From Escherichia phage Henu7, in sequence record NC_054894.1: a DNA stretch of 49,526 nt, one strand, 5' to 3'. Below the pieces are notes generated by a model. The model saw only the letters and a list, made by a program, of their open reading frames with translations. It was not told where the DNA came from and made no database searches. Both the position numbers and the translations under genes were made by a program. Shown here one piece after another: positions 1 to 8,760 of the stretch (positions are counted from its first letter, which is position 1; the number at the start of each line of letters is the position of its first letter).

Positions 1-610
1 GCTGCACAAAGCACGCAGCCAGTTTGTTAAGGTGAAGAAAGATCGCCAAAACACACACCTAAAAAACAAATACGCAACTCTTGACAGCGTTCTTGATGCA
101 ATCACGCCAGCATTGACAGAAAACAAACTTATGATCATGCAGGACGGCGAGCGTATCGAAAGCACAATGCGCGTTGAAACGACCGTGATCCACATTTCCG
201 GTCAATGGGCTAAATTTTACTTTGATATCCCAATAGTCAAAAACGACCCGCAAGGCGTAGGATCTGCTTTCACATACGGGCGACGTTATGCGCTTGCTGC
301 TGCTTTCGGATTGAGTCAGGCTGACGACGACGCGCAAATTGCCGTTAAGTCTGCGCAGGATTGGAAACGAGATCTCGACAAGTGCGAGACTGTAGACGAC
401 TTGCAAGGCGTGTTGCGTGATGCGTGGAAGTCAAGCGACAAAGCGAACCAGGTGATCATTAAAGAGCACTACGAGAAGCGAAAAGCAGAGATTGAGATAG
501 GAAGCGCTCGCGGTTTTAGCGCCGCAGCTCCAAAGCAAAACCTTGCCGCTAAGGTTGACGAGCCGCAAAAGCAAGCTGTAGAATCACAGCCAATCACCAG
601 CTTTGAATAA
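1..610 (+). CDS. ERF-family single-strand annealing recombinase, 5'-truncated by window edge
   Basis: Frame is open from nt 2; the track ORF starts at GTG 32 with no good RBS. N-terminal pattern [12 protein letters not shown] and GRRYAL motif resemble ERF. In a circular join an in-frame stop lies 11 codons upstream with no ATG, so the gene most likely continues beyond the window. Confidence 0.55.
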   Translation, partial: LHKARSQFVKVKKDRQNTHLKNKYATLDSVLDAITPALTENKLMIMQDGERIESTMRVETTVIHISGQWAKFYFDIPIVKNDPQGVGSAFTYGRRYALAAAFGLSQADDDAQIAVKSAQDWKRDLDKCETVDDLQGVLRDAWKSSDKANQVIIKEHYEKRKAEIEIGSARGFSAAAPKQNLAAKVDEPQKQAVESQPITSFE

Positions 611-652
611 TCACACGGGGCGCTAGCTGCCCCAATTTTACAGGAGAAAGCA

Positions 653-1075
653 ATGCACATTATCACCGGAGAAATTCGAAAAGAGCCTCGAATCAAACAG
701 ACCCAAAACGGCACACTATACGTAGTTGAATTATCCGAGCGATATAAGGATCGAGAAGGTAACGCTCAATACACGAACTACACATTTTTCTTTAACGCTC
801 GCGCCGGATCTGAGGGAATGAAAAACTGGTATGATGAAGCATTCCAGGTTGGCAAGGTGATCTCAGTTTCTTGCGAAGTGCTCAAAGCTGAATTGCGAGA
901 GTACGAGGGTAAAACGTATGTCACCATGCAAGCGGCAGACTTCCCGAAACTGCTGTTTAGCCAGCGCGGAGGCGCAGCGCCACAACAGCAAAGCCAGCCG
1001 CGACAGCAAGCGCAGAGCCAGCCACGGAAGAGCCAAGAGCCTCCGATTGACTTTGACGACGATATCCCATTCTAA
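653..1075 (+). CDS. ssb: single-stranded DNA-binding protein
   Basis: RBS CAGGAGA upstream of the ATG; Gln/Pro-rich linker; acidic C-terminal tail DFDDDIPF typical of SSB. Confidence 0.75.
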   Translation: MHIITGEIRKEPRIKQTQNGTLYVVELSERYKDREGNAQYTNYTFFFNARAGSEGMKNWYDEAFQVGKVISVSCEVLKAELREYEGKTYVTMQAADFPKLLFSQRGGAAPQQQSQPRQQAQSQPRKSQEPPIDFDDDIPF

Positions 1076-1077
1076 AA

Positions 1078-1108
1078 ATAAAGGAGCCTTTCGGCTCCTT
1101 TTTTTATT
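1078..1108. terminator. bidirectional intrinsic terminator between convergent ssb and tail fibre genes
   Basis: Hairpin AAGGAGCC-TTTCG-GGCTCCTT flanked by an A-run and a T-run. Confidence 0.7.
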
Positions 1109-2939
1109 TGGCAATCAATGCCGCAACCATAGCTTTCAACTCCTCAACCTCGCCCTCAAGTTTTGCGATCCTCTCCTTGTTCTCATCATCACGCGCACGC
1201 AATGCCTTAATGGCGGCCAGAGCATCCATCATCAGTGGGTTAAGGTCAAGCGTCACTTTCCCTACGCCCTCAGCAGAGTGAACATATTCCTTGTCGATTT
1301 GTTCGATCTGCTGAGCAATTACGCCACGGCGCTCTGTCTGTTCATCATCATCAAGATAGTAGAATCGCTTAAACTCCATTTGACAGATGTTTTCAAGAGA
1401 ATCAGCAACATCGAGATCGCCTTTGACGTGTTTAAAATTAATATCTGATGTTCCAACAGGCTGCATCTGTGTCCATGGAATGGTGGACGAAGGAGTATTC
1501 ATAGCAGCACTAGCCAGGTTCCGGACGAAAAGATTGCCGGATACTCCTGTAAATATTTGCTGTCGGCGCGCAGGGTCATACCCGCATACGATCCCTGATC
1601 CTGCTTGCGGAGCCCAGGCAGTACCAGAGTCGTCAACACCATAAAATCCTGATTCGGTACTTGCTAAAATATTAGTGCCTGGAGTTCCGAAACCAAAGTA
1701 TCCAACTCCTAAGACATTACCAATATTTGCGCCAACATCTTTGGTGGCGGCACTTCCCAAACCGAGGTTTGTGCGAGCGTCAGCAGCATTCTTTGCACCT
1801 GTACCGCCCTGATCAACGCCGAGAGGAATCCAACCAGACCCAAATCTATACAATCCCCAAGTGCTACCATTTGGAGTAATGAGAGCTTGCGCCCCGTCGG
1901 CTGACAATACCTTAGTTTCAGTTGTCGAATCTTGATTAAGTCTATCAACCTGTAGATTTGCTCTTGCGGTTGCCTTGTTCGCAACGTCTGACAGGTTATT
2001 AGCTTTCTTCAACTGGTTGTCAGGGTTAGCGCTAGCAGCTCTATCCGCCTCCGTTTTTGCCCGATCCGCTTGCTGAGTTGCCGTGGTAGCCGATGCCTCC
2101 GCAGCGGTTTTGCTTGATGCCGCATTAGTCTCTGACGTTTTGGCGTTAGTCTCTGACGTTTTTGCGTTAGTCTCTGACGTTTTGGCAGCAGTTGCAGATC
2201 CAGAAGCGGCGCTTGCAGAGTTAGCCGCCGCGCTTGCTGATGATGCCGCCGCCGTCTTGCTTGCATTTGCGTTTGTCTCGCTTGTTTTCGCAGCGCTGGC
2301 GCTAGCAGCCGCAGCATCCTTATGCTGGCTTGCGGTTGTCGCTGAGCTTGCCGCAGAACTAGCGGAGTTAGCCGCCGCCGTTTTGCTCGATGCCGCATTG
2401 TTCTCGCTGGTTTTTGCTGCACTTGCTGATGATGCCGCTGAGCTTGCTTGCTGGCTTGCGGTTGTTGCTGATGCAGCCGCCGCATTCTTGCTTGCGTTTG
2501 CGTTGCTTTCGCTTTGCGCCGCAGCTTTTGCGCTTGCGCCTGCTGCCAATTCGCTTGCCTTAGTATTTCGCTCAATTTCTTCAAGCTTTTGCCAATCAAA
2601 GCTTTTCAGGAAGTCAACAAACTCCTGATACATTGTTTCCTGACCCTGGTAATAACGCAGAGTTTCGGCAACATCTTGCGCCAGGCCGTCAACAGTGATT
2701 GAGTCATGAAGCAGGATCACGTAGTCTCCACGAGGAACTACCGCGCCGCCAGTAGACGTGGCACGCAGTGAGGTATCATTCACGATCTCGCTAATTGTTG
2801 CGTATGCAACCGGATTGGATGCAAACACGATTGTTGCACCTGGACGAATCAGCGTTAATGCTGTTTTCCACTTTGTTCCGTAACCAGTGATATAGCCGTT
2901 AGCGTCCATTGACGCTTGACCAGTGCGATAAATAGCCAT
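1104..2939 (-). CDS. tail fibre protein with C-terminal intramolecular chaperone (peptidase S74-like) domain
   Basis: Start chosen at ATG 2939 (MAIYRTGQ...) with GGGAG RBS; track start is an upstream GTG. Ala/Ser-rich repeat region (3x KTSETNA). C-terminal region FKHVKGDLDVADSLENICQMEFKRFYYLDDDEQ followed by a coiled coil resembles the endosialidase chaperone domain. Confidence 0.7.
   Translation of the reverse strand: MAIYRTGQASMDANGYITGYGTKWKTALTLIRPGATIVFASNPVAYATISEIVNDTSLRATSTGGAVVPRGDYVILLHDSITVDGLAQDVAETLRYYQGQETMYQEFVDFLKSFDWQKLEEIERNTKASELAAGASAKAAAQSESNANASKNAAAASATTASQQASSAASSASAAKTSENNAASSKTAAANSASSAASSATTASQHKDAAAASASAAKTSETNANASKTAAASSASAAANSASAASGSATAAKTSETNAKTSETNAKTSETNAASSKTAAEASATTATQQADRAKTEADRAASANPDNQLKKANNLSDVANKATARANLQVDRLNQDSTTETKVLSADGAQALITPNGSTWGLYRFGSGWIPLGVDQGGTGAKNAADARTNLGLGSAATKDVGANIGNVLGVGYFGFGTPGTNILASTESGFYGVDDSGTAWAPQAGSGIVCGYDPARRQQIFTGVSGNLFVRNLASAAMNTPSSTIPWTQMQPVGTSDINFKHVKGDLDVADSLENICQMEFKRFYYLDDDEQTERRGVIAQQIEQIDKEYVHSAEGVGKVTLDLNPLMMDALAAIKALRARDDENKERIAKLEGEVEELKAMVAALIAK
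2124..2188. repeat. 3 x 21-bp tandem repeat inside tail fibre gene (encodes KTSETNA repeats)
   Basis: CGTTAGTCTCTGACGTTTTG repeated three times head to tail; embedded in a wider low-complexity Ala/Ser-coding region about 2060..2530. Confidence 0.8.
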
Positions 2940-2956
2940 ATGTAAAATCTCCCAAA

Positions 2957-2973
2957 ATAGCACGTTTTGTTAA
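2957..2973 (+). promoter_or_regulatory. TAGCA-N5-TGTTA palindromic element upstream of tail fibre start
   Basis: ATAGCACGTTTTGTTAA, 18 nt from the tail fibre ATG on the opposite strand; member of the dispersed palindrome family. Confidence 0.4.
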
Positions 2974-3004
2974 TGACAAGTCGGATTATAGCATTGCGCA
3001 AGGC

Positions 3005-3031
3005 ATAAAAAAACCCCGCCGAAGCGGGGCA
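3005..3031 (-). terminator. intrinsic terminator after primase (minus strand)
   Basis: Minus strand reads GCCCCGCTTCGGCGGGG followed by TTTTTTT. Confidence 0.7.
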
Positions 3032-3044
3032 AGAAAGCAATGGT

Positions 3045-4001
3045 TTACCGTGTCGGGAGTAAAGTTTCCGGCTTGTAAAGCTTTCGCTCTATCCCTTGCC
3101 GGAAATTATCGTTAATAGGAAGCATCACGTCAAGTCCTCTCTCCTCAGCGGCAATTATTACATCCTGATCAGTTGACCTGCACACTACGCGCATCTTTCG
3201 ATCTCCTTTGTATCTGTGCGCAACAATCTCAACGTTATAACTTGAGAAGCAAGCCCACACCTCCTGGCCTGTAGAGAGGTGAATGTGTTGAGCGTCAACC
3301 CAATCAACGCACAGATAGATCGTGTTGTCAGTTTTACCAGTCACCGCAACGGAGCCGCGCGTATAGTCCTTTGCATAGAAACTTTTCTCGCCTAGCTCGT
3401 CAATCATGAGGATGTTACACATTTCATCATCTAAGCCATCGCCATGCACAAGGTAGCAAGGGATTGCATGAATAAGCGATTCTCCGCCGTTATCCAGCGA
3501 TTTTACGCCTACAGAGTACATTTCATCATCTGGCGTAGCGATGCCCTCAAAAACGCTTAGAGGCGTTTTTAGCACTCCTTTGGTTCTCTCCATTACTGCA
3601 ACGCAGTTTTCATGTGGAGCCTGGGATCCGAAAGAGTAACCTGATGCGCTGGAGGCTCGCTTGTTCGCCTTAACTATATACTCCTGAGGAACCTTTCCGA
3701 GAAAGCGCCCTAAGATGTTGATGCACTCGCTATATGATTCGCCAGTGAGCTTCATTAGCCAGCCAATACCGCTGTCGTTCCCACAACCGTTGCACACTGC
3801 GCCGCCGTCTCCGTCAGTGCTAAGTTTGTCAGTCCAGCGGAATCTGTCTTTACCTCCGCAGTGGGGGCAAGGTTGGTGTTTCTTGTTGAAAACGTCATTG
3901 CTCAATCCGCAAAGGCTTTGTAGCGCATCGCGCCACATCCCTTTCATGTACGGCAAAACGTCCTCTTTCTGAAACATCATGTTTGGGTGTACTTCTTGCA
4001 T
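3045..4001 (-). CDS. DNA primase (zinc-ribbon plus Toprim-like)
   Basis: Start at ATG 4001 (MQEVHP) with GGAG RBS; CPHCGG...CNGCG zinc-binding motif as in phage primases. Confidence 0.65.
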   Translation of the reverse strand: MQEVHPNMMFQKEDVLPYMKGMWRDALQSLCGLSNDVFNKKHQPCPHCGGKDRFRWTDKLSTDGDGGAVCNGCGNDSGIGWLMKLTGESYSECINILGRFLGKVPQEYIVKANKRASSASGYSFGSQAPHENCVAVMERTKGVLKTPLSVFEGIATPDDEMYSVGVKSLDNGGESLIHAIPCYLVHGDGLDDEMCNILMIDELGEKSFYAKDYTRGSVAVTGKTDNTIYLCVDWVDAQHIHLSTGQEVWACFSSYNVEIVAHRYKGDRKMRVVCRSTDQDVIIAAEERGLDVMLPINDNFRQGIERKLYKPETLLPTR

Positions 4002-4059
4002 GACTCGCTCCAATAAAAAAATCGCGTAGCCGGATGATACCAGATACGCGATCTTTGAT

Positions 4060-4500
4060 TTAGCTATTTGTGCTGTTTATGAAGTCCGACTCTTTCACTA
4101 CGCGCAGCATTTCGTATCGGTCACATTTCGTCGTTAGCGCTTTGCCGTTTGAGTCAAATCTCAGATCTGGACGGCAGAATGAAGCGCGATAGCCCTTGCA
4201 GCCGTTTCGCTTATAGTCGGCGTGAACCTTTTCGGCTCCAGAAACGGAAATCATTCCGCGCTTGCGCCACTGCTGGATAACCTGGTGAGTAACCTTTAAG
4301 CGCCTTGTCATTTCTGCCTGAGATCCGTAATATTCGCAAACGGCATCCAGACGAGCACGCAATCCGGCTTTGACTTCATCCTTTAGAACGTAGTAGCCTG
4401 TTTTTCGCTTGCGCTTTTTCTTGTCCTTACCGCGCTTTACACCGTTGTTGCCATTGATTGTGCGCTTGTCAATTTCGCCAGTTGATGCAGCAATTTTCAT
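4060..4500 (-). CDS. helix-turn-helix DNA-binding protein (candidate early regulator)
   Basis: Start at ATG 4500 with GGAGG RBS; basic region KDKKKRKRK; HTH-like segment SQAEMTRRLKVTHQVIQQWRKRG. Confidence 0.55.
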   Translation of the reverse strand: MKIAASTGEIDKRTINGNNGVKRGKDKKKRKRKTGYYVLKDEVKAGLRARLDAVCEYYGSQAEMTRRLKVTHQVIQQWRKRGMISVSGAEKVHADYKRNGCKGYRASFCRPDLRFDSNGKALTTKCDRYEMLRVVKESDFINSTNS

Positions 4501-4513
4501 ATTAAAACCTCCG

Positions 4514-4532
4514 ATAGCACTTTTTGCTAAAA
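4514..4532 (+). promoter_or_regulatory. palindromic element TAGCA-N5-TGCTA in divergent region between HTH gene and helicase
   Basis: ATAGCACTTTTTGCTAAAA; TATTAT hexamer 22 nt downstream at 4552..4557. Confidence 0.45.
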
Positions 4533-4589
4533 ACATTCAAAACGTATGCGCTATTATACATTCAATCGGTTAACGAATAAAGGTTAAAA

Positions 4590-6590
4590 ATGGCAATTCC
4601 AAACATTGATAAACAGCTTTCCGCCTTGGGTGAGGCGGTAATCAAGGCAATTCAAAATCGCTTTACGTTTGGCGAAATCACCCCATACCCTTACCAGTGC
4701 GTTGCTTACACTGAGATCGCAAAACGCATGAAAAATTACGAGCATCCTTTCTTTGTGAAAGCGTCCGTATCTGCTGGCAAAACCATGATTTTTGCAATGG
4801 TAGCGGCTCAGTGCCAGAGAATGGGGCTTAAAATGATGGTTCTTGCTCGCCAGGGTGAGATCGTAGATCAGGATTCAGAGGAGATCAGTAATTTCGGCGT
4901 GCCTAACTCCGTTTACTGCGCGGCGCTGAAACTCAAGGGAGTACACTTCCCCATCGTTGTTGGTTCCGAGGGAACCGTTTCAAATGGACTCTTTAAGGCG
5001 CTTGGTGACTACGTGCCACACGTTATCGGGATTGACGAATGCCACCAAGTAGATTGGGAGGATTTAGCGGAGGCAATCGAAAACGAGGAGCCGTGGGAGC
5101 AAATGACCACGAAAAAAGGCGAGATTGTCCTGAATGGTGACGGATCCCGCGCTCTAAACAATGACGGCGAACCAATGGAGGGAACCGGACGCACGCAGTA
5201 CACGCTTATCATTCGTGAAATGCAGCGCCGATGCAAAGAGACATACGGGCATGAGTTGCGCATTTTTGGAATGACCGGATCTGAGTTTCGCGGCGTGGTT
5301 CCAATCCTGGTGGAAGATAAGCGCCAGCGCGGATTCTGGCGCGAGCAGGTAACGAACATTGATACCAACTACCTGATCAAGTTCGGCTCCGTTGTGCCTA
5401 CAAACTTTGGCTGCGTAGATGGGTTGGGTTATGACCTTTCAGAGTTCACGGCATCCAGCGAGGACGGCGTAGCAGACTTTGACCAGAAAACCCTCAGGAA
5501 GATGGAGGAGAAGATCCATAAAGATGCAACCATGACGCAAAAAATCATGGCACGCGTTCATGAGATCTGCAAAGACCGCAACGGCGTGCTGGTAACTTGC
5601 GCGGGTGAGCGTCACTGTAAAGAGGCCGCCGCCGCACTTCCGCCAGGGGCAACATACAGGATCATCACTGGCAAGACCGGAGAGAAACAACGTAAGGAAT
5701 GGTTAAAAGAGGCATTCGAGGGAAAAGTAAAATACATTTTCCAGGTTCAAGCACTAACAACTGGCGTAAACGTTCCATATTGGGATACTTCCGTTATCCT
5801 GCGCAAAATAGGATCGCTTACACTGCTGATCCAGCTTTTGGGGCGCGGTATGCGACTGTTAAAGAAATGGCACATTGAGCAAGGATTTAAAAAAGACGAT
5901 CACCTTGTTCTCGACTTTGCCGGATGTATGGACGAGTTGGGGCAACTTTACTTTGATCCTATTCTGGAACAAGCGCAGTATCAGCGCCGTGGCGACAACG
6001 GAAAAGATCCTAAATTCTGCCCTGACTGCGGCACGGAAAACTCATTCTATGCACGCCGTTGCGTTCACGTTGACGAAAACGGAAATCGCTGTGAGTATTT
6101 CTGGAAGTATCGAGAGTGCGAGGATCAGGTAGACCCGCGAACGAAAAAGGTTGTCGTTAAAGGTTGCGGCACTAAAAACGACATATCAGCTAGAATTTGC
6201 CGTTGCTGTGACGTGTCGCTTATTGACCCTAACGAAAAGTTATCCGGCAAGCACTACACTAAAAACGATTGGTGTAATGTAAAATCATTCAGAGTTGACA
6301 TGACCAAAAACCAGCGCGGGATCGTGTTCTGTTATGAGCTTGAGTCTCACGGCGAAACGTTCAAAGCTTATGAGCGATTCTTCCCTGAGTCTGACAACCA
6401 GATCTGCAAGACGCTATGGAGGCAAACGGCGCTCAAGCATATTGCAGATCGCAGGATTGCAGGTGTTACTGCGAGCTATCGCAACGCTCGCAAGATTATG
6501 CAAAACGCGCATCACATTATGGCTCCGAAACGCGTTACGCATCGCAAAAACGCGAAAGGAGAGGACATTATTTATCATCGGGAGTTTTGA
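4590..6590 (+). CDS. SF2 DNA helicase (DExH-box) with C-terminal zinc ribbons
   Basis: Walker A SVSAGKT; DECH box (GIDECHQ); Cys-rich C-terminal clusters CPDCG...C..C. Confidence 0.75.
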   Translation: MAIPNIDKQLSALGEAVIKAIQNRFTFGEITPYPYQCVAYTEIAKRMKNYEHPFFVKASVSAGKTMIFAMVAAQCQRMGLKMMVLARQGEIVDQDSEEISNFGVPNSVYCAALKLKGVHFPIVVGSEGTVSNGLFKALGDYVPHVIGIDECHQVDWEDLAEAIENEEPWEQMTTKKGEIVLNGDGSRALNNDGEPMEGTGRTQYTLIIREMQRRCKETYGHELRIFGMTGSEFRGVVPILVEDKRQRGFWREQVTNIDTNYLIKFGSVVPTNFGCVDGLGYDLSEFTASSEDGVADFDQKTLRKMEEKIHKDATMTQKIMARVHEICKDRNGVLVTCAGERHCKEAAAALPPGATYRIITGKTGEKQRKEWLKEAFEGKVKYIFQVQALTTGVNVPYWDTSVILRKIGSLTLLIQLLGRGMRLLKKWHIEQGFKKDDHLVLDFAGCMDELGQLYFDPILEQAQYQRRGDNGKDPKFCPDCGTENSFYARRCVHVDENGNRCEYFWKYRECEDQVDPRTKKVVVKGCGTKNDISARICRCCDVSLIDPNEKLSGKHYTKNDWCNVKSFRVDMTKNQRGIVFCYELESHGETFKAYERFFPESDNQICKTLWRQTALKHIADRRIAGVTASYRNARKIMQNAHHIMAPKRVTHRKNAKGEDIIYHREF

Positions 6591-6592
6591 AT

Positions 6593-7009
6593 ATGGTTAC
6601 TGACAAAGGCGATTATCTGGAATATTACGAACGGGATCCGAGCGACACACGCAAGGAGGATTCACACCAGGTTGATTGTGTGGCGTGGTTGCGCCACCAT
6701 TACCCACACTTGCTCTTTTGGCACACTGTTAATGAGGGGAGCAAGACGATCACCACCGCGCTGCGTGACGAACAGGCCGGATTGCTAAAAGGAGTATCCG
6801 ACTTTGTTATCCTGATTGGTTCTGGTAAATACCCGTTTGCAGCAATAGAGCTAAAGCAAGCCAACAAATCAGGGAAGCGCAAAGCCTCACCAGTCAGCGA
6901 TAACCAGAAAGCTTTCTTGAGCAAGGTCAGAGCGCTTGGTGGATTTGCCGCTGTGTGTTATGGCGTTAAGCAATTCAAGATTGCGATCTCAGATCTTTTA
7001 TGTGAATAG
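6593..7009 (+). CDS. VRR-NUC domain nuclease
   Basis: Start ATG 6593 with GGAG RBS right after helicase stop; motifs GVSDFVIL and AAIELK are PD-(D/E)xK-like. Confidence 0.65.
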   Translation: MVTDKGDYLEYYERDPSDTRKEDSHQVDCVAWLRHHYPHLLFWHTVNEGSKTITTALRDEQAGLLKGVSDFVILIGSGKYPFAAIELKQANKSGKRKASPVSDNQKAFLSKVRALGGFAAVCYGVKQFKIAISDLLCE

Positions 7010-7024
7010 CACTTTTTGCTAAAA
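7006..7024 (+). promoter_or_regulatory. palindromic element plus hairpin upstream of lipoprotein gene
   Basis: ATAGCACTTTTTGCTAAAA, hairpin GGCGCAAAGGAATGCGCC, CATAAT at 7044..7049, leader CAACGAAACAAAC. Confidence 0.45.
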
Positions 7025-7081
7025 CAGGCGCAAAGGAATGCGCCATAATGCACCCAACGAAACAAACACGGAGAATTAACC

Positions 7082-7360
7082 ATGAAAAAGATGTTATCAG
7101 TAGTTGCTTTATCGCTTTCCATTGTCGGTTGCATGGATAAACCAAAAGCATATATTTGCGGAAATGAAGTGTTTGAGGTTACAAGCGAATACATGAAAGT
7201 TGTAAAAGGTAAAAACACAGGCGTTGTAATGGATAATATCAGCAAAAATAAATACAAGCTGTTTACGCCAATTGGAACAGCTTTTTACACTGTTAACGAT
7301 AGCACAATTGATGTTAGAGTCGGAATCTTTCAGCACACTTTAACTTGCGAGGTGAAATAA
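7082..7360 (+). CDS. small lipoprotein (moron; candidate superinfection-exclusion protein)
   Basis: Signal peptide with lipobox LSIVGC; AT-rich codon usage relative to neighbours; own upstream regulatory unit. Confidence 0.6.
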   Translation: MKKMLSVVALSLSIVGCMDKPKAYICGNEVFEVTSEYMKVVKGKNTGVVMDNISKNKYKLFTPIGTAFYTVNDSTIDVRVGIFQHTLTCEVK

Positions 7361-7361
7361 A

Positions 7362-7498
7362 ATGGCTAAAGACATTCTGGACAACTCAACAATTGATGGT
7401 ATCGAGCAGGTTGATGAAATGGACTTTCACGAATTGCAGCACGGCAAGTATTCAGACATAGCCCTGCGCTCAGGCGGTCATTACCAGGCCGTGAAACC
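7362..7498 (+). CDS. ORF upstream of methyltransferase, probably its N-terminal part separated by an 8-bp tandem duplication
   Basis: Strong RBS GAGGTG before ATG 7362; reading frame runs to 7703; deleting one copy of ACAAGGTT (7510..7525) fuses it in frame to the methyltransferase. Confidence 0.4.
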
Positions 7499-8116
7499 AT
7501 GCCAGTATTACAAGGTTACAAGGTTACAGGCAACCGTTACGCCGGAAGCAACACTCCAGATGTTGTCCGTGACCTTTGGGCTACTCCGCGCGATGTTGTC
7601 GCGTATATGGAAAGCCGCTACGGTAAATATGATCTTGATGCTGCGGCTAGCGAGGACAATAAAGTCTGTGAAAAATTCTACAGCAAGGAAACAAACTGCT
7701 TAAAGCGTTGGTGGGGTAGCAAGAAGCACGTATGGCTGAATCCTCCATATTCGAATCCAGATCCGTTTGTGCTCAAGGCCATTGAGCAAATGGAGCACGA
7801 AAACCAGATCGACATATTGCTTCCAGCCGATAACTCAACGGCATGGTTTAGCGATGCGCAGAAACATGCTGCGGAAATCATCTGGATTACTGGCGAAACC
7901 TGGAAAGATGAAGAAGGGCGCGAATATTCCCGAACCGGACGATTAGCGTTTATTTCCGGCCTGACAGGTGAGCCAGTTAGCGGCAACAACAAAGGCAGTG
8001 TGATCTTTGTGATGCGCAAATTGAAAGAGGGAGAAACGCAACAAACTCACTACGTGAAAATCAGCGATATTTGCCCGTCTGTAAAAAACAAGCGAGCCAA
8101 AGCAAGGAGTTTTTAA
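7499..8116 (+). CDS. DNA N6-adenine methyltransferase (phage Dam-like)
   Basis: Motifs DLWATPRDV, DLDAAAS and NPPYS typical of phage Dam-family amino-methyltransferases; weak RBS at 7499. Confidence 0.7.
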   Translation: MPVLQGYKVTGNRYAGSNTPDVVRDLWATPRDVVAYMESRYGKYDLDAAASEDNKVCEKFYSKETNCLKRWWGSKKHVWLNPPYSNPDPFVLKAIEQMEHENQIDILLPADNSTAWFSDAQKHAAEIIWITGETWKDEEGREYSRTGRLAFISGLTGEPVSGNNKGSVIFVMRKLKEGETQQTHYVKISDICPSVKNKRAKARSF

Positions 8117-8226
8117 TGAAAGATGATATTTCAGCACTTGGAATGCTTTGTGCATTCATGATCGGCGGCGGTTTTTGTTCTTACGCGCTCATTGCGCTAA
8201 TCATCAAAATAGTGGAGTTGATTTAA
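8116..8226 (+). CDS. 36-aa hydrophobic membrane peptide
   Basis: AAGGAG RBS; ATG overlaps the methyltransferase stop (TAATG); sequence MKDDISALGMLCAFMIGGGFCSYALIALIIKIVELI; not in ORF track because of length. Confidence 0.45.
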   Translation: MKDDISALGMLCAFMIGGGFCSYALIALIIKIVELI

Positions 8227-8474
8227 TGGGCGAGAGAAATGTAACACTAAACGAGACTGGTTTATTTCTGCTGTATCGCGCAATGGTGTGCCAGGCTATT
8301 GACCTAAATCCACACATCAAGGATGTGATAGGGGTTGACCCGTGGGAGTTTTCCAGCGCTCTTGACATGAGCTTTGAGGAAACCGCAAATCTACCTCTTG
8401 AGAAGTGGCACATCAAGATTGCTGATGATCTAGGTGAAATGTGGCAAGATCTTAAAAAGCGAGCGTCTCACTAA
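8226..8474 (+). CDS. hypothetical protein
   Basis: ATG 8226 overlaps upstream stop (TAATG), GGAG RBS; track ORF 8148..8474 trimmed to this start. Confidence 0.5.
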   Translation: MGERNVTLNETGLFLLYRAMVCQAIDLNPHIKDVIGVDPWEFSSALDMSFEETANLPLEKWHIKIADDLGEMWQDLKKRASH

Positions 8475-8493
8475 ATAGCACTTTTGGTTAAAA
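8475..8493 (+). promoter_or_regulatory. palindromic element (degenerate right half) plus hairpin
   Basis: ATAGCACTTTTGGTTAAAA, hairpin ATGCCCGACTAAAGTCGGGCAT, ATAAT, leader CCAACGAAAACC. Confidence 0.4.
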
Positions 8494-8550
8494 ATGCCCG
8501 ACTAAAGTCGGGCATAATCATTTCCAACGAAAACCACTGAGGAAAACGAA

Positions 8551-8760
8551 ATGAAAATCTACAGCAAAGCAGCCATGGAAATTGCACAGCAAGCAGCACG
8601 CGAGGCCGTTGAGTTGGGCGTTGTCGGCGGTGGCGACCTTGATTGGGCTGCGGCTATGATTTGGCTGAAAATCGCAACCGGACACGCGCCAGTTTTCAAG
8701 TATGAGGAGCGCGGAATTCGTTCAATCGTCGCGTCGATGGAGGGCAAAGATGAAGGTTGA
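8551..8760 (+). CDS. hypothetical protein
   Basis: ORF with RBS GAGGAAAACGAA immediately upstream; follows regulatory unit. Confidence 0.5.
   Translation: MKIYSKAAMEIAQQAAREAVELGVVGGGDLDWAAAMIWLKIATGHAPVFKYEERGIRSIVASMEGKDEG

Noticed and set aside
2090-2530. Possible CRISPR-like array because of regularly spaced repeats
   Set aside because: Repeats are 21-bp head-to-tail tandem units inside a coding sequence with no unique spacers; this is a coding tandem repeat, not CRISPR.-
2009-2628. Long ORFs on both strands (Arg/Gln-rich 196 aa on minus, Ala-rich 181 aa on plus) overlapping the tail fibre repeat region
   Set aside because: They lie in alternative frames of the low-complexity Ala/Ser repeat region of the tail fibre gene; no RBS; artefacts of repetitive composition.-
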